Source: a virus (Duplodnaviria > Caudoviricetes). Taken from it: a stretch of DNA of 41,011 nucleotides. Shown one piece after another: positions 17,439-27,328 of the stretch (position 1 is its first letter; every line of letters starts with the position of its first letter). The notes below the pieces were generated by a model that saw only the letters and a list, made by a program, of their open reading frames with translations, had not been told where the DNA came from and made no database searches. The stretch lies in IMG/VR virus record IMGVR_UViG_3300003375_000055, positions 1-41,011 of that record. One strand, given 5' to 3'. The position numbers were made by a program, and so were the translations under genes.

Positions 17439-17590
17439 TATTTTTTACCTCGCTTCTCCCTAGCTTTCTTTTTGAACACTTCGATTTCTTGTTCTCTTTG
17501 CACTACCGCGGCATAGCTCGTGCTTTTAAATAGTTTCTTTTTTCCGTCACTACTATATAGTACGTATCCGCTCTTTTCTTTCTTGATCAT
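17438..17590 (-). CDS. Small basic protein (50 aa, MIKKEKSGYVLYSSDGKK...EIEVFK)
   Basis: SD GGAGG, overlaps on both sides; not in ORF track. Confidence 0.65.
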   Translation of the reverse strand: MIKKEKSGYVLYSSDGKKKLFKSTSYAAVVQREQEIEVFKKKAREKRGKK

Positions 17591-17931
17591 TTATCCTCCA
17601 GATATATTCGCTTCCCCATCCACACATCTACTGGCAAATCATCAACAATTTTAATCGGCTTACACATAACGTCATTAACATACTCATGCAAGTCCAGCGC
17701 ATCGACTATTTGTGCCGCCCAGTCATATCCCCCAGCACTCCAGACAATGACATAATAGCCGCGCTTGCAGTGGTCCTTGAGCAATTGAATATGTAATTTA
17801 TGTTGCTTCAGATATTTCTCTTGACCGTCCTGCGGATCAACAACGAACAAATCACACTCTTCTTTTGTAGACGGAAACACTAACGTGTTATCCACATCAA
17901 AGCACACTACAAACTCTTTACTAGCGCTCAC
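17587..17931 (-). CDS. HAD-superfamily phosphatase
   Basis: FDVDNTL (DxD), WSAGG, KP, VDD motifs. Confidence 0.85.
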   Translation of the reverse strand: MSASKEFVVCFDVDNTLVFPSTKEECDLFVVDPQDGQEKYLKQHKLHIQLLKDHCKRGYYVIVWSAGGYDWAAQIVDALDLHEYVNDVMCKPIKIVDDLPVDVWMGKRIYLEDK

Positions 17932-18254
17932 TTTATCTCCTTAATCCATCGATTATCCAGTTCTGGTCGATGTTTAAACATCCAAATAGCAAACAGCAAA
18001 TTAGTAGCTGCATTAGCTAGATGGAGTGTTTTTGTTTCACTATCGTAATCTTCGCCACTATTAAATTGTCCAATATGCCGCAAAGCGGCGGACAACAAGC
18101 GGCGCATCTCTATTCCATTAGCCCAATTAGCGGTGCCATATTTTAACTGACCTGCCGCTAATACACGAGCTACCTCTTCTAGGCTCTCGTAGGGGATTAG
18201 GTCCATGGGAGCTTTCTCACCATCATACTTAATCCCCTGTGCTACATCACTCAT
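17928..18254 (-). CDS. dATP/dGTP diphosphohydrolase domain protein (DUF5664-like)
   Basis: GIKYDGEK, GQLKYG..NW, ALRH, LHLANA motifs. Confidence 0.85.
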   Translation of the reverse strand: MSDVAQGIKYDGEKAPMDLIPYESLEEVARVLAAGQLKYGTANWANGIEMRRLLSAALRHIGQFNSGEDYDSETKTLHLANAATNLLFAIWMFKHRPELDNRWIKEIK

Positions 18255-18745
18255 GCTTGCTCCACAATAGCGTCTGATGCCCAGTCTCCCGAGAATCTAA
18301 CTTCTACAAACTCACTATTCAATTCTAGGACGTCAGAGATTGTGCAATACACTTTGCCATACCGCAGCGTCTCTGGTCCGCCGAATGCTAGGTTGTAGCG
18401 TCTCACTGCTTCCTTAATTACTGGTGCAATTAGTGAGTTGAAGTAACTATCATCTGCTTCAGCTTTTACCGCATCTTCTGTCGTAAATGCTACGCGATAA
18501 ATCACGCGATGTGGATGTACTTTCTTGAGTACAAACTCAGCTCTAGCTGGCGCCTCTAAAGACACCGCTTCCATCTTACCATTAACTACCACAGTAGCCC
18601 CGCCATCAGCGAGTGTAAGTGTCGGAGCTTCATAATATTCCGTGCCATCCTCTGATTTCTGAACGTCCATCCCAATTACTCGAGAATTAAGTTGTCCATC
18701 GTACGTAGCAAATAATTTTTTAATTTTATCACTTAGGGTATTCAT
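18251..18745 (-). CDS. Hypothetical protein
   Basis: 164-aa ORF, overlap packing. Confidence 0.75.
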   Translation of the reverse strand: MNTLSDKIKKLFATYDGQLNSRVIGMDVQKSEDGTEYYEAPTLTLADGGATVVVNGKMEAVSLEAPARAEFVLKKVHPHRVIYRVAFTTEDAVKAEADDSYFNSLIAPVIKEAVRRYNLAFGGPETLRYGKVYCTISDVLELNSEFVEVRFSGDWASDAIVEQA

Positions 18746-18923
18746 TTTCTAGTGCCTCCATAATTGATCTCATTTTAGCGTATCGAATAGCGGCTATTAT
18801 CTGTAAATCTACTGATAAGACAAAACCTAATACCGCTAACACTTTAAAACCATCGAATTTTAGTGCTAGCCCCGCAGCAATAATAATTAATGCTGCGAGG
18901 GATATATAAGCAAGTCTCCTCAT
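18729..18923 (-). CDS. Small membrane protein (2 TM)
   Basis: Two hydrophobic helices. Confidence 0.65.
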   Translation of the reverse strand: MRRLAYISLAALIIIAAGLALKFDGFKVLAVLGFVLSVDLQIIAAIRYAKMRSIMEALENEYPK

Positions 18924-19207
18924 AGTACAACAATCTCCACTTTAAGAAGCTTGTTGGCTTCGTCAGCTAACCGTTTACGAGTAAACTCTGATTCTGCTTC
19001 CAATTCTTCCATAAGATCTTCGTACAAACTACTATTGTCCATGTATAGCGAGAATTCTTTTCGATGCAAACTTTCCATTTCTTGCATGTCTGTTTCTGTA
19101 TACTTAGTTTTTTTCTGGAGAGTCTCTAATTGCTTTAGTGTACCCTCGATACGAATCGCGTTCTCTTTTAGATTTTGAAGTAAATCTTGAGCCTTACTCA
19201 TAAACAT
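18920..19207 (-). CDS. Coiled-coil hypothetical protein
   Basis: SD AGGAG; heptad-rich. Confidence 0.7.
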   Translation of the reverse strand: MFMSKAQDLLQNLKENAIRIEGTLKQLETLQKKTKYTETDMQEMESLHRKEFSLYMDNSSLYEDLMEELEAESEFTRKRLADEANKLLKVEIVVL

Positions 19208-19211
19208 CTCC

Positions 19212-20027
19212 TTAAAGACTTAGGTTAATTTTAATTTCTGCGGGATCTAATACTCTTACGTTTTTATTTTGTTGTTCTGCCGCTTGCTTAGCAATTTCCT
19301 TAGCAGCTTGTGCGCGTACACTGCCACCATTTGGATGCTCAGCGTCGCCGGTATCGAGAGACACCAATCCATCAGCCAAATTCTCACGCAAAGCATCTTC
19401 AGGCAATACCCAATATTCAAACGCTAGACGACGTTTAAATTCATCATAAGGAATACCGCTGCGAACAGACACTTTAGCGTCCATACGATCAACTTGTGTC
19501 TTGAACATATTAATACGATTGAGCATTTGCTCAAGTTGCCCCTGGACTCCGGCCGTAGCTGGGTGGAACATTAATACGCCACTTTGTGCAATAAAACGCT
19601 TCTTACCAGACTGGTGCAGGTGAGCTGCCATGGATGCGCAAATAGATTGACATACCGTATTAATACCGTGCTCTTCAATAAAAGCCGCTAAACGGATACC
19701 ATCAAACACACTGCCACCTGGACTATTAATTACCAGATAAACATTATTACTATGTTTGAGAGCTTTGCGTAATAGACCCATAGCTGCATTTACCGAAATC
19801 TCATCTACCTGATCGTCGAAATAAACAGCTGCAACAGTGTCTGTTTTAATAGACTTAACTGTAACTGTATTAGTAGTTTCAGCGCGTGGCGTAGCTACCG
19901 GGGACGGGGGGAGAGGGACAATGTAAGTCTTATCTTTCTCCGCTGTAAAGGTACTCGCTGTCACTGCTACCACGACACCGGCAGCTGCAAAAGCGGTCCA
20001 TAGTGTGTATTTTAAATATTTGTTCAT
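19212..20027 (-). CDS. ClpP/S14-like serine protease with N-terminal membrane anchor
   Basis: INSPGGSV, CASMA (catalytic Ser), MFHPA (His); start re-called at MNKYLKY. Confidence 0.85.
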   Translation of the reverse strand: MNKYLKYTLWTAFAAAGVVVAVTASTFTAEKDKTYIVPLPPSPVATPRAETTNTVTVKSIKTDTVAAVYFDDQVDEISVNAAMGLLRKALKHSNNVYLVINSPGGSVFDGIRLAAFIEEHGINTVCQSICASMAAHLHQSGKKRFIAQSGVLMFHPATAGVQGQLEQMLNRINMFKTQVDRMDAKVSVRSGIPYDEFKRRLAFEYWVLPEDALRENLADGLVSLDTGDAEHPNGGSVRAQAAKEIAKQAAEQQNKNVRVLDPAEIKINLSL

Positions 20028-20058
20028 TATTGAACCTTTCTTTGTTAGGGTTAGAAAG

Positions 20059-20087
20059 AGAATACCATAAAACGGGAATAAAGTCAA
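20059..20087 (-). promoter_or_regulatory. Sigma70-type promoter for the ClpP-like operon
   Basis: TTGACT-17 nt-TATTCT with TG extension. Confidence 0.7.
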
Positions 20088-20094
20088 GGAAAAT

Positions 20095-20104
20095 ATAACA
20101 TATA
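20095..20104 (+). promoter_or_regulatory. Putative late promoter motif ATAACATATA
   Basis: One of six copies upstream of late gene blocks. Confidence 0.65.
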
Positions 20105-20237
20105 TTATTAGAAGAGTAAAACGGCAATAGGGACAGCGTTTTTTAACGCAAAACCAATAATAGCCCATACGCCCCCGAACTTTTCTATATTTTTGTGAAC
20201 CCACCCTCATTAGGACGGTTCTAACATTAGGAGCAGT

Positions 20238-20537
20238 ATGTCACGTCTTTCTTCCGCCCTAAAGGCTATTAATCCTTTTCTTCTTACCTTTCTTCTTCTA
20301 GGACTCAGGTATGTTCTCGTTGGCGCTCAAATAGGCGACGCACTGGCGTTTTTTGCTTTGTGTGGACTTTTTGCTATGGACAAATATGTCACTTGGAAAA
20401 AAGGTCCGGATGTCAATGAGCTTGTTAAAAAACAATTAGATGAAATTAAATCCCATGTTTCGGCTATGGCAATGAAGCAGGGGATGCGCCCAGAACAAGA
20501 CGCCCCCAGATTCGATCCTACTCGAAGGATGTTTTAA
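20238..20537 (+). CDS. Membrane protein (2 TM), possibly holin-like
   Basis: Two TM helices, charged C-terminus, SD AGGAG. Confidence 0.6.
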   Translation: MSRLSSALKAINPFLLTFLLLGLRYVLVGAQIGDALAFFALCGLFAMDKYVTWKKGPDVNELVKKQLDEIKSHVSAMAMKQGMRPEQDAPRFDPTRRMF

Positions 20538-20950
20538 TGAGTGACATTATTGATATTGCCTCATTACGAAAAGAATTTCAGGAAAAAACCAAAGCTAAGG
20601 ACATCAAGGCTTTCGCAGAGTCTCAACAAATTCTCATAGAGCAACTCCTAAAAGAAAAGGAAGTGTTGCAGGAGAAAACAAAGCAGTTAGAGAAATTATT
20701 AACTGATATGGCTTCCGGCACTCTAACATTGCCGATGACTAAAGAAGAAGCTATCTGTCGGGAACAATTAGAAATTATTAAAAAACGTAGTTCAGATCGA
20801 GCACTCAGTCTAGAAGATGTTAAGATATTTGACATCCTAGTAAAGAACTTAAAGCTAATCCAAGAAGGCTACAAAGAGAATAACAATAAGGATAGTTTTA
20901 GGGATGTAGAGGAGACTAGCCTTGTCGCAATTGCCTCCAGATCAGAATAA
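20537..20950 (+). CDS. Coiled-coil protein, candidate terminase small subunit
   Basis: Position immediately upstream of and overlapping TerL. Confidence 0.5.
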   Translation: MSDIIDIASLRKEFQEKTKAKDIKAFAESQQILIEQLLKEKEVLQEKTKQLEKLLTDMASGTLTLPMTKEEAICREQLEIIKKRSSDRALSLEDVKIFDILVKNLKLIQEGYKENNNKDSFRDVEETSLVAIASRSE

Positions 20951-22379
20951 TCTCACCAAAGCACAAGCAATCAAAGCCCTGTGGTATAAGGGTGTGTTGC
21001 ATTGGAAATTAGACTCCAATCAAATTGAAATGCGAGATTTAATTCATAAATCAGATCAAAGTATTATTGTTATCGGAGCTTCTCGCCAGCTCGGTAAGTC
21101 TTTCGCTATGTCTGTCATAGCAGTTGAGACTTGTCTAAAAAATCCAAATACAGTAGTAAAATATATTGCACCAAAAGTAAAAGACGTGCGTAAAATCATT
21201 GCGCCATTAATTCGTGAGATATGTTCAGATGCTCCCACTGATCTGGTGCCGAAATATCGGTCGAATGATCACATCTTCCGTTTTAAGAATGGTAGTGAAA
21301 TACAATTAGCAGGAACTGATAATGGGCATGCTGAGAGTATTCGGGGTACCAAGAGTCACTTGTGTATCGTAGATGAAGCTGGGTTCTGTGACGGTCTTAG
21401 GTATATTGTTAATAGTATTCTTCTTCCTACTACAACGACTACTCGCGGGAAGATTGTAATGATCAGTACGCCGCCAAAGTCGCTGGATCATGATTTTGTT
21501 GATTTCATGGGTAAAGCTCAAATCTCCAAGTCATTCCTCAAAAAAACCATTTACGATAACCCAAGACTACAACCCCAGGACATCGATCGTTTAGCAGATG
21601 CTGTTGGCGGTAAAGACAGCGCCGATTTCCGACGTGAGTATATGGTGCAGATGATCACCGACGCTAACGACGCTGTTATTCCGGAATTTACTAAAGAACT
21701 ACAAAGCAAGATCGTGATGGAATGGACCCGTCCGCCATTTTTCGACACTTATGAAGGCATGGACATTGGATTTCGTGACCAGACAGGTGTTATATTTGGC
21801 TATTACGATTTTAGGGCAGATAAGTTAATAATCGAAGATGAGGTTGCTTTCGGCGGTCAGCAGATGCTTACTGACACGCTAGCAAAGGAAATCACCAGAA
21901 AAGAAACCGCATTGTGGGCTACGCCAGGCGGCGGATTGCGTCCAGTTTTTCTACGGATTTCGGACGATAATAACCCCATACTCCTAAACGACTTAGCATC
22001 AAAACATAAGCTTGTCTTTTTAAAAGCCGCTAAAGATGATGCAGATGCCGCACTTAATAACCTCAGACTTTTATTGAAAAACGAAAAGATTATAATCAAT
22101 CCGCGGTGTGTTGGTCTTATTCACGAACTAGAAAACACAATATGGAATAAGGCCCGATCTTCCTATACGCGCGTTGGCGGCAGTCACGGTGACTTATTGG
22201 ACGCTCTAAAATACCTCTGTCGGCACATAAATAAGACAAAAAACCCCTACCCCGATGACTATGACGTTGACTTTGCAGGTCGAGATGTGCATACGGTAAC
22301 TACCAATAAAGCCAATACATTAGAGCATCAATTGCAAGGCATATTTACCATTAAGCCTAGGCGACATTTCCGTAGATAA
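20922..22379 (+). CDS. terL: Terminase large subunit
   Basis: SRQLGKS Walker A, IRG, IVDEAG Walker B, ISTP; nuclease GMDIGFRD...HGDLLDALKY. Confidence 0.95.
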   Translation: MSQLPPDQNNLTKAQAIKALWYKGVLHWKLDSNQIEMRDLIHKSDQSIIVIGASRQLGKSFAMSVIAVETCLKNPNTVVKYIAPKVKDVRKIIAPLIREICSDAPTDLVPKYRSNDHIFRFKNGSEIQLAGTDNGHAESIRGTKSHLCIVDEAGFCDGLRYIVNSILLPTTTTTRGKIVMISTPPKSLDHDFVDFMGKAQISKSFLKKTIYDNPRLQPQDIDRLADAVGGKDSADFRREYMVQMITDANDAVIPEFTKELQSKIVMEWTRPPFFDTYEGMDIGFRDQTGVIFGYYDFRADKLIIEDEVAFGGQQMLTDTLAKEITRKETALWATPGGGLRPVFLRISDDNNPILLNDLASKHKLVFLKAAKDDADAALNNLRLLLKNEKIIINPRCVGLIHELENTIWNKARSSYTRVGGSHGDLLDALKYLCRHINKTKNPYPDDYDVDFAGRDVHTVTTNKANTLEHQLQGIFTIKPRRHFRR

Positions 22380-22389
22380 ATAACATATA
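22380..22389 (+). promoter_or_regulatory. Putative late promoter motif ATAACATATA
   Basis: Between terL stop and portal SD. Confidence 0.65.
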
Positions 22390-22402
22390 TAGATGAGGTG
22401 CT

Positions 22403-24448
22403 ATGAGTACTACAACTGACCACAACCAGTATTGGGCTGCCAAAGACGCAAATAAAGTCGTCGAGGTCGCACTTCATAAGGGCAATCTCTGGTACAATAA
22501 CATGCACTACAATGGTTATTTGTACAAATTGCGTGATATGTGGATGTCTTACTACGGTGCCAATTTCGCATCTATGGCATCTACGCACAAAATTACATTT
22601 GCCGGAGAACAGGGCGAATTAGCTCAAATCAGCGTAAATCATATGCATAATCTGTGTAACCACATTCTTACTATGGTTACTTCAAATAGACCCGTGCTAC
22701 AGGCTCGAGCTTCTAATAAAGATTATAAATCACTCGTCCAAACTAAGCTTGCCAACCAACTTCTAGATTATTACATGCGTGAGAAGCGCTTAGAGAAGTA
22801 TCTACGAGACGCCACTGAAATGGGAATCGTACTGGCTTCTGGCTACATTAAAATGGCTTGGAATGCGACTTCTGGCGAAATCTATGATTACACGGAAGAT
22901 GGCGCACCTGTATATGAAGGTGATGTTGAGTTTACAAATTTGTCACCTTTCGATGTTATTTTCGACGGAAGTAAAGAAACAGATAAAGATCACGAATGGA
23001 CTATTGTCCGTACTTTTAGAAATCGGTTTGATTTATCTGCTAAATACCCAGAGTTAGCTGAAAAAATTAAGGGAATACCATCTAAGTCAGAACTTTATAA
23101 CTTCAAATTTGAAGCTAGTCTTTCTGACGAAACAGATGATATTGCCGTATACGAATTGTATCATAAAAAATCAGAATCGATGCCACAGGGTCGATATATG
23201 TTTTTCTGTGAAAAAGACATCGTATTTGAAGACACAGCGATGCCATATCGCTCTATTCCTGTATTTCGTATTTCTCCGGCTACTATCATGGGTACGCCAT
23301 ATGGCTACACTTCTATGTTTGATATTTTACCGATCCAGGATGCTATTGATAGTTTATACAGTACCATTTTGACAAATCAATACGCCTTCGGTGTACAGAA
23401 TATTTACGTTCCTCGCGGTGCTGATATTAGTATGAAGTCGCTTGAGGGTGGACTGAACATTATTGAAGGTAATGCTAATGCTGGCAAGCCTGAAGCAATG
23501 AATCTCACTGCTACTCCGCCAGAGATCTTTAACTTCCTAAAAATGCTAGAACAGGCTCAAGAAACTATTTCTGGCGTCAACTCGGTTGCTCGTGGTAATC
23601 CAGAAGCATCTCTTAAATCTGGTACTGCTTTAGCTCTCGTGCAGTCCATGGCTCTGCAATACATCTCAGGACTGCAGCAACAATACATCCGTCTAGTAGA
23701 AGACGTCGGTACGGCCTTGATTATGATGTTGAAAGATTTCGCTAGTGTTCCCCGAGTAGCGATGATTGCCGGTAATGACAACAAGTCATATGTCTCACGC
23801 GAGTTTAGTGGAGATGACCTATCCCAGGTTAATCGCATTATCGTAGATGTTGGCAATCCATTATCTCAAACTACTGCCGGTAAAGTGCAGATGGCCGAGA
23901 ATCTTATTCAATACGGTGTTATTACATCACCAAAAGAATACTTAATGGTGTTGCAGACCGGTCGTTTAGATTTGATGACAGGCGACGAGGAGCGAGAATA
24001 CCTTCTTATTAACGCTGAGAACGAAGCTTTGGCTGAAGGTAGACCAGTAATCGCAATGGACATCGATCAACATACAGAGCATATTAAGCAGCATAGAGCC
24101 GTATTGGCAGATCCTACATTACGACAAGATCCTAAGTTTAGAGAAGACGTATTGCAGCATATCGGTCAACACATCAACTTACTCCGTACAGTTGACCCTA
24201 GCCTACTTGCTATTTTAGGAGAGCATCCGTTGCCTCCAATTGGCGGCACTCCGCCTAATCCACAAGCTCCCAACCAAGCTATAAATACAAGTGGCGGAGC
24301 ACCTGGAAATTCAGCGCCTATGCAAGGACCTCCGCAGCCTCCACAAGGGCCGGGTTTGCCACAGATGCCTCGACCTCCAGGACAATTTGCTAGTTTGCCG
24401 ATTAGTATGCCTCCAACAGGATTCCCTGCGATGCAGGGGAAAGGGTAA
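22403..24448 (+). CDS. Portal protein (P22-like)
   Basis: 681 aa after TerL; LSPFDVIFD, Q-x-ISGVN...RG...SG-x-A motifs; Pro/Gln-rich tail. Confidence 0.9.
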   Translation: MSTTTDHNQYWAAKDANKVVEVALHKGNLWYNNMHYNGYLYKLRDMWMSYYGANFASMASTHKITFAGEQGELAQISVNHMHNLCNHILTMVTSNRPVLQARASNKDYKSLVQTKLANQLLDYYMREKRLEKYLRDATEMGIVLASGYIKMAWNATSGEIYDYTEDGAPVYEGDVEFTNLSPFDVIFDGSKETDKDHEWTIVRTFRNRFDLSAKYPELAEKIKGIPSKSELYNFKFEASLSDETDDIAVYELYHKKSESMPQGRYMFFCEKDIVFEDTAMPYRSIPVFRISPATIMGTPYGYTSMFDILPIQDAIDSLYSTILTNQYAFGVQNIYVPRGADISMKSLEGGLNIIEGNANAGKPEAMNLTATPPEIFNFLKMLEQAQETISGVNSVARGNPEASLKSGTALALVQSMALQYISGLQQQYIRLVEDVGTALIMMLKDFASVPRVAMIAGNDNKSYVSREFSGDDLSQVNRIIVDVGNPLSQTTAGKVQMAENLIQYGVITSPKEYLMVLQTGRLDLMTGDEEREYLLINAENEALAEGRPVIAMDIDQHTEHIKQHRAVLADPTLRQDPKFREDVLQHIGQHINLLRTVDPSLLAILGEHPLPPIGGTPPNPQAPNQAINTSGGAPGNSAPMQGPPQPPQGPGLPQMPRPPGQFASLPISMPPTGFPAMQGKG

Positions 24449-24450
24449 TA

Positions 24451-24612
24451 ATGGGAGATAACAAGTTTGATAAAATCCACAAATGGTTACAGGGTACTGG
24501 GATGGTGAATAAGCTCTCCCCTTCGTACGAGCATAGTATTGACAAATCTCCGGATGCCACGCTTCTTAAACCAGCGCCTATCAAGCAAGTTAAGAAATTG
24601 GTGAAATTGTAG
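24451..24612 (+). CDS. Small protein (53 aa) carrying F-x-K-I motif
   Basis: MGDNKFDKIHKWL...; fills the portal-to-next-gene gap; not in ORF track. Confidence 0.65.
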   Translation: MGDNKFDKIHKWLQGTGMVNKLSPSYEHSIDKSPDATLLKPAPIKQVKKLVKL

Positions 24613-25076
24613 TGGCTACTAATATCATGGACACTGGTAATATTATTCGCGCTGTATACGACCCTACAAGCGAGGCGTTACAAGTGAATGTGGTGGGTTC
24701 TGGTAGCCCGACTATGCCTAGTGTTGTGCGATTGACGGATGGTTCTAATTACTTTACTTCCACTATAGTTGGGCCTAAAGTATTGTTAGATGTAGCTATC
24801 CAGAACATGCCTGAGATTTTAATAACCGACGTGGACGACAGCATCCGCATAGGAAATGGTGCGGGTGTTTATATGGCTGTTAATGCTGATGGAAGTACTA
24901 ATAGTGTGAATATAAATAGTCTAGTGCCATCCGCATATGATAGTATTTACCCAACCTACCCTAGTGGTAGTGTTGAAGTGTATACTTATAAAAAAAGTGG
25001 CACTACAGTGGCCACTATAACAGTTAGTTATTCGGACACCACTAAGTCTGTGCTCACTAGTGTGGTGAAAACATAA
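24612..25076 (+). CDS. Virion structural protein
   Basis: Beta-rich, late block. Confidence 0.7.
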   Translation: MATNIMDTGNIIRAVYDPTSEALQVNVVGSGSPTMPSVVRLTDGSNYFTSTIVGPKVLLDVAIQNMPEILITDVDDSIRIGNGAGVYMAVNADGSTNSVNINSLVPSAYDSIYPTYPSGSVEVYTYKKSGTTVATITVSYSDTTKSVLTSVVKT

Positions 25077-25375
25077 TGCCATTAAAATTTAATCCTTTTA
25101 CGGGAAATTTAGATTTTGTTGGATTACAGGGACCTAGTTCAGCTACGGATAAGGGTATTGCTAGATACAACGGTACAAATGGGCAAGTTGTTCAAGATAG
25201 TCCTTATGCCATAGTACAAGATGGCGGTGCAGTTCAGGCTCAGGAGTTCGTGTTTCAAAATGTTATCGCTAATGCTGTAGTAGTACCTGCTAACAGTGTA
25301 ATGTTCGGGCGAGACATGGTTGTGGATACCGGTGACGTTATATTAAATAATAATGCAGAATTACTTCTGCTCTAA
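25076..25375 (+). CDS. Virion structural protein (FNPFTGNLD N-terminus)
   Basis: Motif typical of phage fibre-associated proteins. Confidence 0.7.
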   Translation: MPLKFNPFTGNLDFVGLQGPSSATDKGIARYNGTNGQVVQDSPYAIVQDGGAVQAQEFVFQNVIANAVVVPANSVMFGRDMVVDTGDVILNNNAELLLL

Positions 25376-25384
25376 GGAATAGAC

Positions 25385-27319
25385 ATGGCAAAAATTACAT
25401 TTACGCAATTAAATGCCACTCCAGCGCCCCCGTCTACGGGACAGGTGTCTATTTATGTGGAGGGCGATGTATTATATTTAATCGATTCTGCAGGAGTTGT
25501 CACTCCTCTAGGCGTGGCTAGTGGTATCACTGGACTCACCGGAGACGTGTCTGCTACTGGACCTGGAACTTCGGCCGCAACAGTAAATTTAGTTGGCGGA
25601 CAAACTGCGGCTAATATTGCGGCTGCGGTTATTAAAGTGTTGGCTGCTGCGTCTACAAATACTGCTAGTACTCTCGTACTACGCGATGCCGGAGGTAACT
25701 TCAGTGCTAGTCTCATTACTGGAAATTTATCGGGAAATGCTACTACCGCCACCAGTTTTACTGGTAGTTTATCCGGCGATGTTTCGGGTACGCAATCTTC
25801 CACAAGTATCAATTCTAATGTAGTAACAAATGCGAAATTGGCTCAAATGGGAGCAGCTACTTTAAAAGGTAATAACACCGGTAGCTCAGCTAATGCACAA
25901 GATTTGTCTACGGCTCAAGTGACGGCCATGCTCACTCCTTTCGTAGGGGATGCTGGATCTGGCGGTACGCAAGGTTTAGTGCCAGCGCCCACAGCTGGTC
26001 AAACTGAATCTGGGGCATTTCTCTCCGCTTCCGGTGCTTTTACTATTCCGGATGTATCCAAACCTAGATTTAATGATTTTTCTCTAGTAAATCAAACTGC
26101 AGGTCCAGTGGGATCTTCTAAATTTGAAGATGTTACGATCTACCAGATGAATGGTGACACTTATGCGGCTGTGGCTACTGGAAGCACCCCGAACACCCTA
26201 ACTATTTACAACATCACCAATCAAGCATCGCCGCAATTACGCGGTTCAATAGGTTTAGCGGGTTCATATAAAGTCGCTATTGGTGTAATTTCTGGTGTTA
26301 CGTATGCCTTCGTCCCTAGTAGTGGCGGTAGCAGATTATATGTAATTAATGTTTCAAACCCAAATAGTTTATCTATCACGGGTAACATTCTAATTTCAGG
26401 ATCTCCTGGATCATTATACACGTGCGTATTTTCTGGTGGGTATGTTTATATTTCCACTCAAAATCAAGGACTGACGATAGTAGATGTGGGAGGAGGTACC
26501 GGTACGCCTGCTGTCCCCGTCCAGATCTATCAAGAAGGCGGCGGAGTTAAATCTCTCGGCTCAGCTATTTCAGGAACAACATTATACACTACTAATTATC
26601 AAACAGCTGCTCCATGGACAGTTCGTTATCTCAAAACCTGGAACGTAACAGTTCCGGCTTCCCCAGTCCTCCAAAACACATATACACTACCAGCAAACAC
26701 TAAACCTGGAAATTTATCTCTGGATGGTAACCTAGCTCTTATTACCGACATAAATCAGAACATAATTCATGTAGTGGATGTAACAACTCCCACGGCGCCT
26801 GTTTGGAAATCGTCCCTCACTCCTTCCGGAACATTCAATAGTGGGTTTACTTCCCAAGCCGGATACAAAGTCAATAATTTCGTTTATGTACCTAGCGGTA
26901 GCCACGCTACTTATGGTGGTATCATAGATTTATTCGATCTTTCTACCGTCACGGCACCCGTTAAAGTATCCTCCTCTTATACCAATGTTCCGACGTCGGT
27001 ATTTGGCGGAATTTCGGTATATAATGGATATATTTTTGCTGCAGACTATGGCGTTGCTCCGGGCACGTCCTCTACGTTGGATATTTTTACTACCGGTCAC
27101 GAAAATGCTGTTTTTGGTGCGGGCACTGGCAGTAGCTTAGCGCTATCCAGCTTAACTACTAGCACAGCACTAGTGTCTGACGCCAATAAGGGGGTAGTAT
27201 CGTCCCCTACTACTGCGACAGAAATTGGATATGTACATGGGGTAACCGCCCCGGTGCAAACACAAATTAATACTATTAATAACGTTACTTCAATAGCTTA
27301 TGCTTACATATTTGGTTAA
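25385..27319 (+). CDS. Fibre-like protein with LVIVD-type beta-propeller repeats
   Basis: LTGDVS repeats; LTIYNITN, LYVINVSNP, LTIVDV, IHVVDVTTP, IDLFDLS repeats. Confidence 0.8.
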   Translation: MAKITFTQLNATPAPPSTGQVSIYVEGDVLYLIDSAGVVTPLGVASGITGLTGDVSATGPGTSAATVNLVGGQTAANIAAAVIKVLAAASTNTASTLVLRDAGGNFSASLITGNLSGNATTATSFTGSLSGDVSGTQSSTSINSNVVTNAKLAQMGAATLKGNNTGSSANAQDLSTAQVTAMLTPFVGDAGSGGTQGLVPAPTAGQTESGAFLSASGAFTIPDVSKPRFNDFSLVNQTAGPVGSSKFEDVTIYQMNGDTYAAVATGSTPNTLTIYNITNQASPQLRGSIGLAGSYKVAIGVISGVTYAFVPSSGGSRLYVINVSNPNSLSITGNILISGSPGSLYTCVFSGGYVYISTQNQGLTIVDVGGGTGTPAVPVQIYQEGGGVKSLGSAISGTTLYTTNYQTAAPWTVRYLKTWNVTVPASPVLQNTYTLPANTKPGNLSLDGNLALITDINQNIIHVVDVTTPTAPVWKSSLTPSGTFNSGFTSQAGYKVNNFVYVPSGSHATYGGIIDLFDLSTVTAPVKVSSSYTNVPTSVFGGISVYNGYIFAADYGVAPGTSSTLDIFTTGHENAVFGAGTGSSLALSSLTTSTALVSDANKGVVSSPTTATEIGYVHGVTAPVQTQINTINNVTSIAYAYIFG

Positions 27320-27328
27320 GGAGAAAGA

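Noticed and set aside
20028-20210. N-terminal extension of the ClpP-like ORF
   Set aside because: Spans the divergent promoter region; the start at 20027 fits the promoter and signal anchor
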